This document shows, one piece after another, positions 20,261-30,268 of a DNA stretch of 64,000 nucleotides. Source of the DNA: a virus. Within the stretch, counting starts at the first letter, position 1, and the number at the start of each line of letters is the position of its first letter. The stretch lies in IMG/VR virus record IMGVR_UViG_3300042447_000691, one strand, 5' to 3'. The position numbers and the translations under genes were made by a program. A model generated the notes under the pieces. The model worked only from the letters and a program-made list of their open reading frames with translations, was not told the DNA's origin and did not search any database.

Positions 20261-20719
20261 TCACATCAAATTTTTATATTGGTTATTTGTCCCTAAATAA
20301 TTATGAAAGGCGAACGGTTTAATACCTTGTATTTCAGGTATCATACTTTCATGGGAAAAATATTTGGCAACGTCTATATCGGCAAAGACACATCCCTCCT
20401 CTAAATATCCATCAATCTTTAATGCTGCTTTTTCATCTGCCGTATTTACATCACCGTTTACAACATCAATTAAATCCTCCCAGTGGTCAAATGGATAATC
20501 TTGTGCAAAGAAAGTATATTCTGATAGATTGTCATAGTTAGTTAATATATGGTTAAAAAATGTATGAACACATCGCCCAAAATTAGGTTCAATTAATATC
20601 TCACTATTTTGTAAAGGTAAAACATTGCCTTTACGATAAATTGTTTTCTTAACATTATTGTTAATCTTGTTTAACCAATCTGTTGGTTTATCATATGCTG
20701 CAATTACTATTTCTTTCAT
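20261..20719 (-). CDS. Chimeric gene: DUF3431-like N-terminus fused to DUF5672-like C-terminus
   Basis: First ~105 aa are DUF3431-like (GRCVHTFFNHI..NYDNL..YTFFAQDYPFDH). Last ~45 aa align to the C-terminus of 22066..22767 (F.D..VAK.FSH..MIPEI..G.KPF.FH.Y.GTN). Confidence 0.6.
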   Translation of the reverse strand: MKEIVIAAYDKPTDWLNKINNNVKKTIYRKGNVLPLQNSEILIEPNFGRCVHTFFNHILTNYDNLSEYTFFAQDYPFDHWEDLIDVVNGDVNTADEKAALKIDGYLEEGCVFADIDVAKYFSHESMIPEIQGIKPFAFHNYLGTNNQYKNLM

Positions 20720-20723
20720 TATA

Positions 20724-21368
20724 TTAATTTTTTCCAATAAAAACTATGCTTTTGTATAAACTAATGAATGATATGTTAAGCTCCCACCAAGTCATCTCAC
20801 CCAAAATTTTATCTTGGTAAAAATGGTCTTTTGAGATATTTTTTATTTCAGCTAAACCGCATTTACCGTTAGAATTAACTATATCTAATAATTCTTTAAG
20901 TCTATCCATAAACTCAGTTTCATTTGGGCTGAAAATATCCCAATAACAGCAATGTAAGTCTTCAACAACATATAAACCATCGTTATTTAACAACGGAAAT
21001 AAAAAATCAAAAGTTTTTTTCATGTCCTTGCTTTTATGAGATCCATCATCAATAATAATATCAAATGGGCCATACATGTCGTTTAATTTTTTTAACTCAT
21101 CTAAATTTGTTTGGTCACAAACAAAAGTTTTAATCCTGTCAGTATCCATACTTGAACAGTCAATAATATCTATACCATATATTTTTGAATTTGAAAAATA
21201 TTCTTCCCACGTCTTTAATGAAAACCCGTTAAAAATACCAATTTCTAATATTTTTAATTCTTTATCTTTGTAAGTTGAAAAGAATTTTTCGTATTTTTCG
21301 GAGTAATTGTGTAAATTACTAGCCTTATCCGTCCCGTATTTTATACAGAGGTTATTTATTAAACCCAT
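20724..21368 (-). CDS. Class I SAM-dependent methyltransferase (MycE/TylE-like)
   Basis: YGTDK..H.Y...YE, LEIGI..G.SL..W, GIDI, FDIIIDDGSH, YVVEDLH. Confidence 0.8.
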   Translation of the reverse strand: MGLINNLCIKYGTDKASNLHNYSEKYEKFFSTYKDKELKILEIGIFNGFSLKTWEEYFSNSKIYGIDIIDCSSMDTDRIKTFVCDQTNLDELKKLNDMYGPFDIIIDDGSHKSKDMKKTFDFLFPLLNNDGLYVVEDLHCCYWDIFSPNETEFMDRLKELLDIVNSNGKCGLAEIKNISKDHFYQDKILGEMTWWELNISFISLYKSIVFIGKN

Positions 21369-21370
21369 AA

Positions 21371-22039
21371 TTAATAATTTTTAATTTTTATGTATATGTC
21401 CCCAAATTCAAATTTAAAATCTTTAACAGATTCTATGTACGAAAATAAATCTTTTTTATTTAACCATTTATCAAATTTAAAATCCAAATCTTCTCTATAA
21501 CCATAATTGTAGACACACTCTCCATTTATAGTTTCGATATAATTGATACAATCAACTGATGATTGACATAATTCTGGTGTGAATTCAATTGAAATTACGT
21601 CAATAGGTATAGTCAAACCTTTTAGGACGTTTAATTCATAACCTTCAACATCTATTTTTATGTAATTAGGGGTGCCATATTTTAATATCATGTTGTCTAA
21701 CGTATCTACGTCTATATTAATTTTCTCATTCCACACATAACCATTAAATCTTTCGGTTTTGACGGTATTTATAAACTCTTCTGACATCGATGATATAGTG
21801 TCGTGAGAAGCAACATATATAAAAGAATTCCCTTTTTTGTTACTTAGACCTATAGGTTCTATAATTATTCGATCATTACCACCGAACCTGTTATTTAATT
21901 TATTTACACAATTAGGTTGGGGTTCAAACCCAATAACCTTAGTGTTATATGAAAGGTATTCATTTGCTTTATTGCCAACGTTGCACCCAACATCAAAAAC
22001 TAAATAACCCTCTTTTAATATATTATCTAAAATACTCAT
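21371..22039 (-). CDS. FkbM family methyltransferase
   Basis: VFDVGCNVG, GFEPQP, IKIDVEGYELNVLKG. Confidence 0.9.
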   Translation of the reverse strand: MSILDNILKEGYLVFDVGCNVGNKANEYLSYNTKVIGFEPQPNCVNKLNNRFGGNDRIIIEPIGLSNKKGNSFIYVASHDTISSMSEEFINTVKTERFNGYVWNEKINIDVDTLDNMILKYGTPNYIKIDVEGYELNVLKGLTIPIDVISIEFTPELCQSSVDCINYIETINGECVYNYGYREDLDFKFDKWLNKKDLFSYIESVKDFKFEFGDIYIKIKNY

Positions 22040-22065
22040 ATTTGTTTGTTTGTTTTTTTTTATAT

Positions 22066-22767
22066 TTAAAATCTTGGATATATATGATTTGTTCCTGCGT
22101 ATCTATGGAACATAAATGGTTTAACACCATTTTTAACGTCTTCTAATATTTCGGGAATCATACACCCGTGTGAGAACGATTTAGCAACATTTAAATCCGG
22201 AAAACGCATTCCGTGTTGCATAAATATATGCCTATTATTTACACTAATAAAACCATCCTCGTTCCAATAACCATGAAATGGTTTCCATTCCATATCTAAT
22301 GATATAGGTAAATCCATTAACCTTTTACTTCTAAGACCAACACTATTCCCAACTCTTATTATTTCACCGTTGACATCTCTGTAAGAAAAAGTATCACTAG
22401 GTAAAAACCATGGAGACCCAATATAATCATAATTTAAGAATTCTGGATTCCATGAAGAAGCATTTACCACAAATCCATCATGATGTATTATTATAGCATA
22501 CTCAGTTTCAATAAAACTACCAAGTTTATAAACCATAAAATAATTCCATTGGTCTTTTCCGCCACCAAGATTCTCTCTAATTGGGTGTGTTAATTTATCT
22601 ATTTTTTCGTGTTTGATGTAGCTTGGTAAATTATTAGGACAAACGTCAGATAATAATTTTACCGCACCAAATTCTATATCTTTGCAACTATATTCCAAAG
22701 CCTTTACATGTGCATCAATGTTAACTGAAGTTACTGCCACTAAAGTAATGTTTTCTAATTTAAGCAT
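22066..22767 (-). CDS. DUF5672-like protein (GT-associated)
   Basis: IIHHDGFVVN...W...FL.YDYIGSPW, VGN.VGLRSK, NEDGF. Confidence 0.65.
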   Translation of the reverse strand: MLKLENITLVAVTSVNIDAHVKALEYSCKDIEFGAVKLLSDVCPNNLPSYIKHEKIDKLTHPIRENLGGGKDQWNYFMVYKLGSFIETEYAIIIHHDGFVVNASSWNPEFLNYDYIGSPWFLPSDTFSYRDVNGEIIRVGNSVGLRSKRLMDLPISLDMEWKPFHGYWNEDGFISVNNRHIFMQHGMRFPDLNVAKSFSHGCMIPEILEDVKNGVKPFMFHRYAGTNHIYPRF

Positions 22768-24118
22768 ATATTTTTTTTAGTTTTTCTGTTTCTAAATTTT
22801 TTATTGATTCAGGAATATTATTACTCAATCTTTCTGGTGAAATACGATTAACTATAACATATTCGTTTAGTATTTTTATATCACCATATTTATCTCTCAT
22901 CCTCATATAATACTCAACATCCATTAACCAATTTAAATCTTCGTCAAAAAAAATCAAGTCTTTATTATGTATAGTCACATTAGTTGGTGATCCTATTTTA
23001 TTATTGCCGGTCCATATGTCATCAACCCATTTTGGATTAAACGACCAACTTATTGTTCTTCCATCATAAGTGACGTGTGTAAATGCTGCAAACCATTTTG
23101 TATTTGGGTTGTTTATAATAAAATTATAGTGTTTCTCTAAAGACTCATTACCATTTAAATAATCATCTTGAAAAAGTATTTTAATCCATTTACCGCTACA
23201 ATTAGACATTGCATTATTAATGTTAGGTGAAATAATACCCCTACCATGTTCGTTTCTTAAATATTTTATTTTTAATACTGACTCCCATTTTTTAACCACT
23301 TCAAATATAGTGTCATCAATACTATGATCCGATATTACAACTTCAAAATCTTTAAACGTTTGATTACTTAAAATCTCTAAACTGTGGTTTAAAAATTCAG
23401 ACCCTCTACCGTTATACCCGTAGGTTGGAATTGCGACAGAAAAAAAAGGTGAGTTTAATTTATCTAAAGACATTGTTGTGTTTTTTGGTACGTGATTAGG
23501 TGATTCTGCTGGAGTTACATTTTTAGTTTTAGATGCCAATGCATACATTGTTTTAGTTTCTGTCCCGACATTAAAGACACCTGAGTTATTTTCATTAATT
23601 AATTTTATTATTATGGATGAAATCTCATTAACATAATCAAAATTACCAATTTGATCAGACCATGCATTTTCATATGGAAATGGTGTTGGTTTGTGTGTGC
23701 ATCTACATATTAGGTAATCGTTCGATAATAACTGAACTAACCCGTCACCAAGTAATTTTGTGTAACCATACCAATTATTACAGTGTACCGGAACGTCTTC
23801 TTCTGTTGCGTTTTCTATCGATCCGGTATATAAGTAATCGGTGGATATGTGGATGAGTTTTTTATTTAATACGTTACAATAATCGATTAAATTATAAACA
23901 AACTTATAATTTAATTCCCAGTGATCATCCCTATCTTTTGAGTATGTATCTGTATTCGCAATACAATTTAAAATAATGTCGTACGAATCCATCATACCCA
24001 TCCAAACATTAAAATTTTTTATGTCAAGATTGTTTTTTTTTCTTGATATAAAATCCCACTCTGTTTGTTTAACAATTTCTGACCCAAGTAATCCGTCACC
24101 TAAAACTAAAACCTTCAT
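22760..24118 (-). CDS. RmlD-like NDP-sugar reductase fused to a GT2 glycosyltransferase
   Basis: MKVLVLGDGLLG, HISTDYLY, YGYTK, then FSVAIPTY..VISDHS..KILFQDDY. Start reassigned to 24118. Confidence 0.8.
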   Translation of the reverse strand: MKVLVLGDGLLGSEIVKQTEWDFISRKKNNLDIKNFNVWMGMMDSYDIILNCIANTDTYSKDRDDHWELNYKFVYNLIDYCNVLNKKLIHISTDYLYTGSIENATEEDVPVHCNNWYGYTKLLGDGLVQLLSNDYLICRCTHKPTPFPYENAWSDQIGNFDYVNEISSIIIKLINENNSGVFNVGTETKTMYALASKTKNVTPAESPNHVPKNTTMSLDKLNSPFFSVAIPTYGYNGRGSEFLNHSLEILSNQTFKDFEVVISDHSIDDTIFEVVKKWESVLKIKYLRNEHGRGIISPNINNAMSNCSGKWIKILFQDDYLNGNESLEKHYNFIINNPNTKWFAAFTHVTYDGRTISWSFNPKWVDDIWTGNNKIGSPTNVTIHNKDLIFFDEDLNWLMDVEYYMRMRDKYGDIKILNEYVIVNRISPERLSNNIPESIKNLETEKLKKIYA

Positions 24119-24128
24119 CCCTAAAAAA

Positions 24129-25430
24129 TTAATTTTCCCATTTTTCTTTAAATACTGACTCCACATAATCAAAAACTTCTTCAGTATAATGAGGAGATGC
24201 TCCTAAAAAGAAAACTTTATCTAAAACTTGGTTTGAGTTAGGGTATAAATGCATGTCATCTAAATGTGAATATGCCGGATGCATTAATATGTTTCCCGCA
24301 AAATAGTTTCTTGTTTGTATTTTATTCTCTTCTAAAAATGAAACTAACTTATTTTTTAATGGTTTCGATTCACAAACAAACGGTGTGCCGAACCAACAAG
24401 GATCTGATTTTGGTAAACTACTAACCCCCTCAACACCTTTTACGTATTTTACTAATATGGATTCAATTCTGTTTTTACTTACCTTTCTGTTTTTATCTAT
24501 TTCAGGGAATCTTTTAATTTGTACAAGACCAATAGATCCTTGTAAATCCATAGGTTTAAGGTTATAACCCATAGTTGTAAAAACATACTTATGGTCAATT
24601 ATACCATCATACGATTCCAACCATCTATCAAATCTATTACCACAAGTACCACAAGAAAGTAAATTTGCCGATCCAACACAGTGACAATCCCTTCCCCACC
24701 AAGAAAAACTAACAAATAGTTTTTTTAATTCTGGATTGTTTGTACAAACCATACCACCTTCACCCGTTGATATGTGGTGTGCGGGATAGAATGATGTTGA
24801 CCAAGCGACGTAATATTCGCTTAGATGTTTACCGTCCCATTTTGATCCAATAGAATCACAACTATCACCCACCAATTTTAAATCATATTTATCACACAAT
24901 TCTTTCAAGTAATCCATATCAGGAGCATTACCAAGAACAGGAGAAACAAAAATTGCTTTAGTTTTAGGTGTTATTTTTTCTTCAATTTTAGTTAAGTCAA
25001 AATTTAACGTATCATATTCGATATCAATAAACACTGGTTTTAAATTGTTTTGTACTAATACTGATATTGTTGTTGGGAAACCAACGGGAGATACAATTAC
25101 CTCATCCCCGTCTTCCCATCCGAAGAACTTCTTTAGTGCTGAGATTAAAACCAAATTGGCTGAACTACCCGAATTTACCATGTGAGCAAATTTAACACCA
25201 AAAAGTTTGGCAAACTCACTTTCAAATTTATGGACGTTTTCACCAGCAACAACCCATTTTCCCGTAATAAATGTTTTAATTGCTGCCATTATCTCATCCT
25301 CATCCCAATACGGTCCCGAATACAAAACTTGGTTTTTTCCAGGAACAAATGACTTATTGTAAAGGTATTTAGGTTTGTTATCTTTTAAATAGTCGTTAAG
25401 ATCTGAAAGAATATCTTCGATTTTTTTCAT
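24129..25430 (-). CDS. rfbH: RfbH/DdhC (E1)-like PLP/Fe-S NDP-4-keto-6-deoxysugar 3-dehydratase
   Basis: NSGSSANL, SFYPAHHISTGEGG (His in place of the PLP Lys), WGRDCHC..CGTCGNRF Fe-S motif. Confidence 0.88.
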   Translation of the reverse strand: MKKIEDILSDLNDYLKDNKPKYLYNKSFVPGKNQVLYSGPYWDEDEIMAAIKTFITGKWVVAGENVHKFESEFAKLFGVKFAHMVNSGSSANLVLISALKKFFGWEDGDEVIVSPVGFPTTISVLVQNNLKPVFIDIEYDTLNFDLTKIEEKITPKTKAIFVSPVLGNAPDMDYLKELCDKYDLKLVGDSCDSIGSKWDGKHLSEYYVAWSTSFYPAHHISTGEGGMVCTNNPELKKLFVSFSWWGRDCHCVGSANLLSCGTCGNRFDRWLESYDGIIDHKYVFTTMGYNLKPMDLQGSIGLVQIKRFPEIDKNRKVSKNRIESILVKYVKGVEGVSSLPKSDPCWFGTPFVCESKPLKNKLVSFLEENKIQTRNYFAGNILMHPAYSHLDDMHLYPNSNQVLDKVFFLGASPHYTEEVFDYVESVFKEKWEN

Positions 25431-25462
25431 AATATTTTTTTAAAAAAATAGTTTTTTTTTAA

Positions 25463-26242
25463 TTAAAAATCAATAACAACCCATTCTTTATTATAGATAT
25501 CTTGAGTATCTTTTGGTCCTTGTGAACCAAACCATTTATATGGTGCAATTATTGTTTTATTTTCATTGTTGTTTAAATACGATCCCCACCAACTAAATGA
25601 ACTGTTTGAAATAACCACATTATCACACATAGTAATTAATGTAAAATCTAAGATTTCATTATTAAAATCCGCAAAGTAATAATTTTCAGATTTAAAATTT
25701 TCCTTTACCCATTTTATATCATCAGATACAAAAATAAAAGACCCATCTCCGATTGTTGATATCGCCTTCAAGTAGTAATCTAAATTACATACATTATGAA
25801 AGTCACTATATTTTAAGTAATCACCCCTTCTTATATGAATACAGGTTTTTTTACCTTCAATCTTTTCGTTCTTAAAGAAATTATTTACTATGGTTTTATC
25901 TTCTTCCGATATATAAAACAAATTTTTAATTTCATTTTTATGTTCTAAAAAATACTTTTCACTTTGGAAATACCCTTTTATTAAAAGTTCGTTTTGGTTT
26001 GGGATCTCACCAAAACTAAATTTTGATTCATTATATACAATCTTATGGTTTTGGTTTTCTACAGTTTTTATATTTTTAAAAATGGTCTCAGAATACTTAT
26101 TGGCGGTAAATCCTTGATTTGGTGTGTAGCAATTATTTAAATCTATACCATAAGGTATTCCGTACTTTAATGATGTTCCGACAGTTGCTGCAATTTGAAA
26201 CATCTGATTACCTAACCCACCCTGTAAAACACAACTAATCAC
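25463..26242 (-). CDS. Glycosyltransferase family 11 (alpha-1,2-fucosyltransferase-like)
   Basis: GGLGNQMFQIA, GYFQSEKYF, IHIRRGDY, ISNSSFSWWG. Confidence 0.9.
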   Translation of the reverse strand: MISCVLQGGLGNQMFQIAATVGTSLKYGIPYGIDLNNCYTPNQGFTANKYSETIFKNIKTVENQNHKIVYNESKFSFGEIPNQNELLIKGYFQSEKYFLEHKNEIKNLFYISEEDKTIVNNFFKNEKIEGKKTCIHIRRGDYLKYSDFHNVCNLDYYLKAISTIGDGSFIFVSDDIKWVKENFKSENYYFADFNNEILDFTLITMCDNVVISNSSFSWWGSYLNNNENKTIIAPYKWFGSQGPKDTQDIYNKEWVVIDF

Positions 26243-26964
26243 TATTTTACTAATTTAGAATACGGTTGTTTATTTCTGATTCTATTTGCGTGGTTTGTCA
26301 CCATCGACATATCTACTTTATGTTCATTTATTGGATTTTCAGCATTATATACATAATTTATTTCATCCATAAATCTATAGTGTTCTTCTCCTGACATTTC
26401 TAACATTGGAAACATAAAACATAAATCCCCACTCCATTGCCAATAATCCCCGTTCTCATCTCTCAAGTCTTCCTCTTTTATGTTTCTCCATAAAAATGCT
26501 CTCCAAGTTCTGATATGAGATGCTGTAAAATTAGCCAAACGAAGGTTCTCAAAATTGGTTTGTTTTGATGCAAATCCGGGTTGTCCTGTATGGTATTTAA
26601 AACTACCGTTAGCAATCCAAACATTCTCATCTTTATAGACTTCGTTTATTCTTTCGAAGACTTTAGAGTCTGGTAAGTAGTCGTCACCATCAACCTCAAT
26701 TAATAACTCATCGTCAGATATGTTCGGGTTGTTTCTAATAACTTTATCAAAATTACCTGCTTGGTATAATTTCTTTTCGTTATCATCAATTAGTATAAAC
26801 CTATCATCCCCCTTGATCATTTCTTTAACTAATTTAACTGAGTTGTCTGTTGACAAATCATGAGTGATATAGCATTTAAAATCTTTATGTGTTTGACCCA
26901 TGATGGATGCCAAACATCTCTCCACATATTTTTCTGCGTTGTAAAATCCTGTTAATATTACCAT
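26242..26964 (-). CDS. Glycosyltransferase family 2
   Basis: YNAEKYVERCLASI..THDLSTD..VDGDD. Confidence 0.85.
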   Translation of the reverse strand: MVILTGFYNAEKYVERCLASIMGQTHKDFKCYITHDLSTDNSVKLVKEMIKGDDRFILIDDNEKKLYQAGNFDKVIRNNPNISDDELLIEVDGDDYLPDSKVFERINEVYKDENVWIANGSFKYHTGQPGFASKQTNFENLRLANFTASHIRTWRAFLWRNIKEEDLRDENGDYWQWSGDLCFMFPMLEMSGEEHYRFMDEINYVYNAENPINEHKVDMSMVTNHANRIRNKQPYSKLVK

Positions 26965-26965
26965 T

Positions 26966-27643
26966 TTAATTTATATATTTTTTTATTATTTTGTTTGTGT
27001 AACCGTGAGTTGTTATTTTTAAATTAATAACCGCTTCGTTAATGATATCACTATTCTCTATTGTCCAATTATTTGATTGACCATCTATTAATTTATATTT
27101 AGGAACTACACCTAAAAATGTAGACATATTTTTTAATAAATCCAACACCATTATTTTTTCAACGTTAGAAACGTAAACAATATCACAAGAAACAATATCC
27201 TTACAATAGTTTACAATTTTAACTAAATCAATAACATCAATCAAAGATCTATATGTGTTTTTAAATATTACTATTTCTTCCCCATTAATTAAAGATTGTT
27301 TTAAATAATTTACAAGATTGTTTTTATTCCCACCTTTACCTATAATTTGAGGCACTCTAAAAATAATATAGTCTTTTGAGTTTTTTTTAACGATATCCTC
27401 CACTTCTAATTTATGGTGGTAATATCTATTGTCTTGTACACCGGTTAAAATACTACTAAAATACAAAAGTTTTAACCCCTTATTTTCTGATATAGTTTTC
27501 AGTAAAAGAGTTTTTTCACGATTAAAATCTTCTTCGTTTGTTTTTTTAGAATCGGAGACCCCTGACACAAAAACAATAAATTTTTTATGATCAAAAGATT
27601 CTTCTATGAACCCATTAGCAAGTAAACCGTTACCAACAATCAT
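26966..27643 (-). CDS. NAD-dependent epimerase/dehydratase-like protein
   Basis: MIVGNGLLA, FVSGVSDS, YFSS, YYHHK (YxxxK). Confidence 0.7.
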   Translation of the reverse strand: MIVGNGLLANGFIEESFDHKKFIVFVSGVSDSKKTNEEDFNREKTLLLKTISENKGLKLLYFSSILTGVQDNRYYHHKLEVEDIVKKNSKDYIIFRVPQIIGKGGNKNNLVNYLKQSLINGEEIVIFKNTYRSLIDVIDLVKIVNYCKDIVSCDIVYVSNVEKIMVLDLLKNMSTFLGVVPKYKLIDGQSNNWTIENSDIINEAVINLKITTHGYTNKIIKKYIN

Positions 27644-27646
27644 TTT

Positions 27647-28414
27647 TTAATCTATTACTTTAAGTCTTTTACTCACATATAACTTGTAATCCGTAATAAT
27701 TTCGTCAACAGTAAACAAATAATACGTACCAAATCCATTCTGTTTGTTAAACTGACTTAATCTCTCACCTCTAATTTTATTTTTTAAAATGTAGTCTTCT
27801 AAACCTAAAAACTTATAATGTAACATTTTTAAAGATGGGTCCGAATATGCCCTAACATTTCCTTTTGGATTGGCATAATGTGCACCAAAACTATAATTAA
27901 CCTCTGTTATATTATTACAATCAAACATCATTGGTTTATCCAAGACCGGTGTCCTAACCCCTTCTTTTACTAAATCAAAAACGTTTTGGTTGGCGGATAA
28001 ATTAAAATCTTCATCCGCAATCATATGATAACCTTCAGGTTTAAAAAATGTAATACCATTTTTATATGATTGTATTAAAAATTCTACCATGTTTTCGTGA
28101 TATAAAAACTCATCAGTATCACCTAATATAACATAATCCGCATGACCCTTACTTTTTTTCCATACGTTATTCTTAACTAAAATGTTTGCGTTATCGTTAA
28201 ACTCTCCATCAGAATCAAACGTACTAAATTCTGTATTACTAAATGACTCAACAATTTTTTTACTGTTGTCTGTTGAATGGTTATCTATTATGTATATTTT
28301 TTCACAGAATTGTGAGTAATACCTAATAAGATGAGGTAATATGTTTTCTTCGTTATAACATAAAAAATATGCGTGAACTATCGGTTTTCTCATACGTTTA
28401 AAATTTTTCTCCAT
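27647..28414 (-). CDS. Glycosyltransferase family 2-like
   Basis: CYNEENILPHLIRYY..IIDNHSTD..GDTDEFL, LHYKF. Confidence 0.8.
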   Translation of the reverse strand: MEKNFKRMRKPIVHAYFLCYNEENILPHLIRYYSQFCEKIYIIDNHSTDNSKKIVESFSNTEFSTFDSDGEFNDNANILVKNNVWKKSKGHADYVILGDTDEFLYHENMVEFLIQSYKNGITFFKPEGYHMIADEDFNLSANQNVFDLVKEGVRTPVLDKPMMFDCNNITEVNYSFGAHYANPKGNVRAYSDPSLKMLHYKFLGLEDYILKNKIRGERLSQFNKQNGFGTYYLFTVDEIITDYKLYVSKRLKVID

Positions 28415-29181
28415 TTATCAACAATATCTTGATTCGTTATAAAAGTATTATCGTGATCTGTTGCGAAATTACCTTTAAAGGTTGTTCCCGTACTTTCACA
28501 TTCATCTTTAACAAGTGACGCAACCTCACTTTTAGATGATAGGTAAACAAACTCAACCATATCATACATTTTTTGTTTGTCAGATATAAATCCATACTCA
28601 ATAACTTTATCGTTATCGATTAATGGTTTTACCTCTGTATTATAATAGTTTTGATCAGTAACGTTACCAAATAAGTAAACCTTACTAACACCGTCACTTA
28701 ACGCTCTTTGTATCGATATGTGTGTCTGTTTGTTAATGTCTATTGATCCAACAATACCAGCAACACCCTTAGTGATTTCTAATTTTTCATTTTTCAATAA
28801 AGGTTCTCTTAGGTTTGCAATTACCTGATATTTTCCTTTATATTTTTCGTGGTAATTTCGATGTTTTTCATTTAAAAAAACAACCTCATCCCAGAATTGT
28901 CTAATATTACCAACCTCAAATAGGTTTTTTTCGTGACACGAAAGTATAACCTTTTTAACATCAGGTCTTGATCCTAAATTTAAAAAATGAACAATAACTG
29001 TATCGTCCTTTTCTAATTTAAAGTTGTTATCCAATAAACCTGATTTACATTTGTCCAAATGCCATTGATGGGGACCATAAAACGTACAATCAATACCGTT
29101 TTTATTTAATTCGTTTGTTAAGTTAATAAAGGCAAACGTTGACCCACCTTTTTCCGAATATCCTGAAACTATCTTAACCAT
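28390..29181 (-). CDS. Glycosyltransferase, GT-B-like
   Basis: GGSTFAFINL N-terminus, YLFG, EYGF..K..MY, SKSEVASLV..EC. Confidence 0.6.
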   Translation of the reverse strand: MVKIVSGYSEKGGSTFAFINLTNELNKNGIDCTFYGPHQWHLDKCKSGLLDNNFKLEKDDTVIVHFLNLGSRPDVKKVILSCHEKNLFEVGNIRQFWDEVVFLNEKHRNYHEKYKGKYQVIANLREPLLKNEKLEITKGVAGIVGSIDINKQTHISIQRALSDGVSKVYLFGNVTDQNYYNTEVKPLIDNDKVIEYGFISDKQKMYDMVEFVYLSSKSEVASLVKDECESTGTTFKGNFATDHDNTFITNQDIVDKWRKILNV

Positions 29182-30268
29182 TTAAAAATTCTTTATAGTC
29201 GTTTATTATTTCTTCTTCTGAAATGTAATTTTTATCTTTATAAAAGATGTCAGCGTTAGGGTATAAAGACCTAACCATAGTTTTTAAATCACCATCAATA
29301 ATGTGTATTAAATCGTAATTTAGTTCTTGTAGTTTATATAGTTTGTTAACTTCCGATTTCACAAATCCGTCATTAGTGTTAAACCCCCAACTACCATCAC
29401 CTAATTTGAACCCACACGGTTCGTACATTTTATAAGACCCGATACTTTTTGATTTAAGTTTTTTTATTATTTTTTCGTCTTCCAATTCTCCACAAAAACC
29501 AACAGACAAGTTTAATTTTTTAAGGTGATTTAATACTTGTTCTGATTGATAATAGTCTTTACCAAAAACCAAAACCCTTAAATCACAATTTTTTTCTATT
29601 TTTCTTTTAACCTTAACTGGTAATACGTCTTTATATTTTTCGGCAAATATTTCCCTATTTTTTTCCCACTGATCGTTAGTTTGACCTATCGATTTGTGTG
29701 TTACTCTAACGTCGTACATAACACCAATCTTAACTCCCTCAATAAAATTTCTAAACGAAAAGTCAACATCGTAAAAATGAAACCCACCGATCTCATCATT
29801 AAATGGTTTTTTAATGTTTTTCTTGTTGATCGAAATAAGAAGTCCGTCAACCAAAACCACATCATCTAATTGGTTTCCTTTACTAACAGAATATTTGGAC
29901 TCCCACTTTTTTCCTTCGTGTTCGTGATTAACTATCCCTTTCATTTTTGAAAAGTCTTCCCACCATTTTGCTGATTTTGGCATACTGGTGGTTCCTGCTA
30001 ATCCTATGATCCCATAATTCCCATTTCTTTTAAAATGGTTTAATATTTTTTGACCCCAATTCTTAGAATCAAAATATATGTCGTCGTGACATAAGATAAC
30101 AATATCGTTTTTTGATTGGTTTAAAATCTTATTGTAAGTTTCAGTTAAAGAATACTCACCATTATTTTCAATGGGAATAACCTCTGTGTTTGGTATGCCA
30201 GAGGTCTTCTTTAACATTTCAACGAATGCATTATCTATTTTTCTTGTGGAAAATCCTATTGTAATCAT
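29174..30268 (-). CDS. Glycosyltransferase-like (GT2-type N-domain) with an apparent GT-B remnant C-terminus
   Basis: SLTETYN, ILCHDDI, GIIGLAG, VDGLLI, FHFYDVDF. Confidence 0.7.
   Translation of the reverse strand: MITIGFSTRKIDNAFVEMLKKTSGIPNTEVIPIENNGEYSLTETYNKILNQSKNDIVILCHDDIYFDSKNWGQKILNHFKRNGNYGIIGLAGTTSMPKSAKWWEDFSKMKGIVNHEHEGKKWESKYSVSKGNQLDDVVLVDGLLISINKKNIKKPFNDEIGGFHFYDVDFSFRNFIEGVKIGVMYDVRVTHKSIGQTNDQWEKNREIFAEKYKDVLPVKVKRKIEKNCDLRVLVFGKDYYQSEQVLNHLKKLNLSVGFCGELEDEKIIKKLKSKSIGSYKMYEPCGFKLGDGSWGFNTNDGFVKSEVNKLYKLQELNYDLIHIIDGDLKTMVRSLYPNADIFYKDKNYISEEEIINDYKEFLNG

Noticed and set aside
22040-22062. (TTTG)n/poly-T run, and (TTTTTTA)n near 4291-4316
   Set aside because: Low-complexity A-rich translation-initiation regions on the minus strand; no evidence of phase variation.
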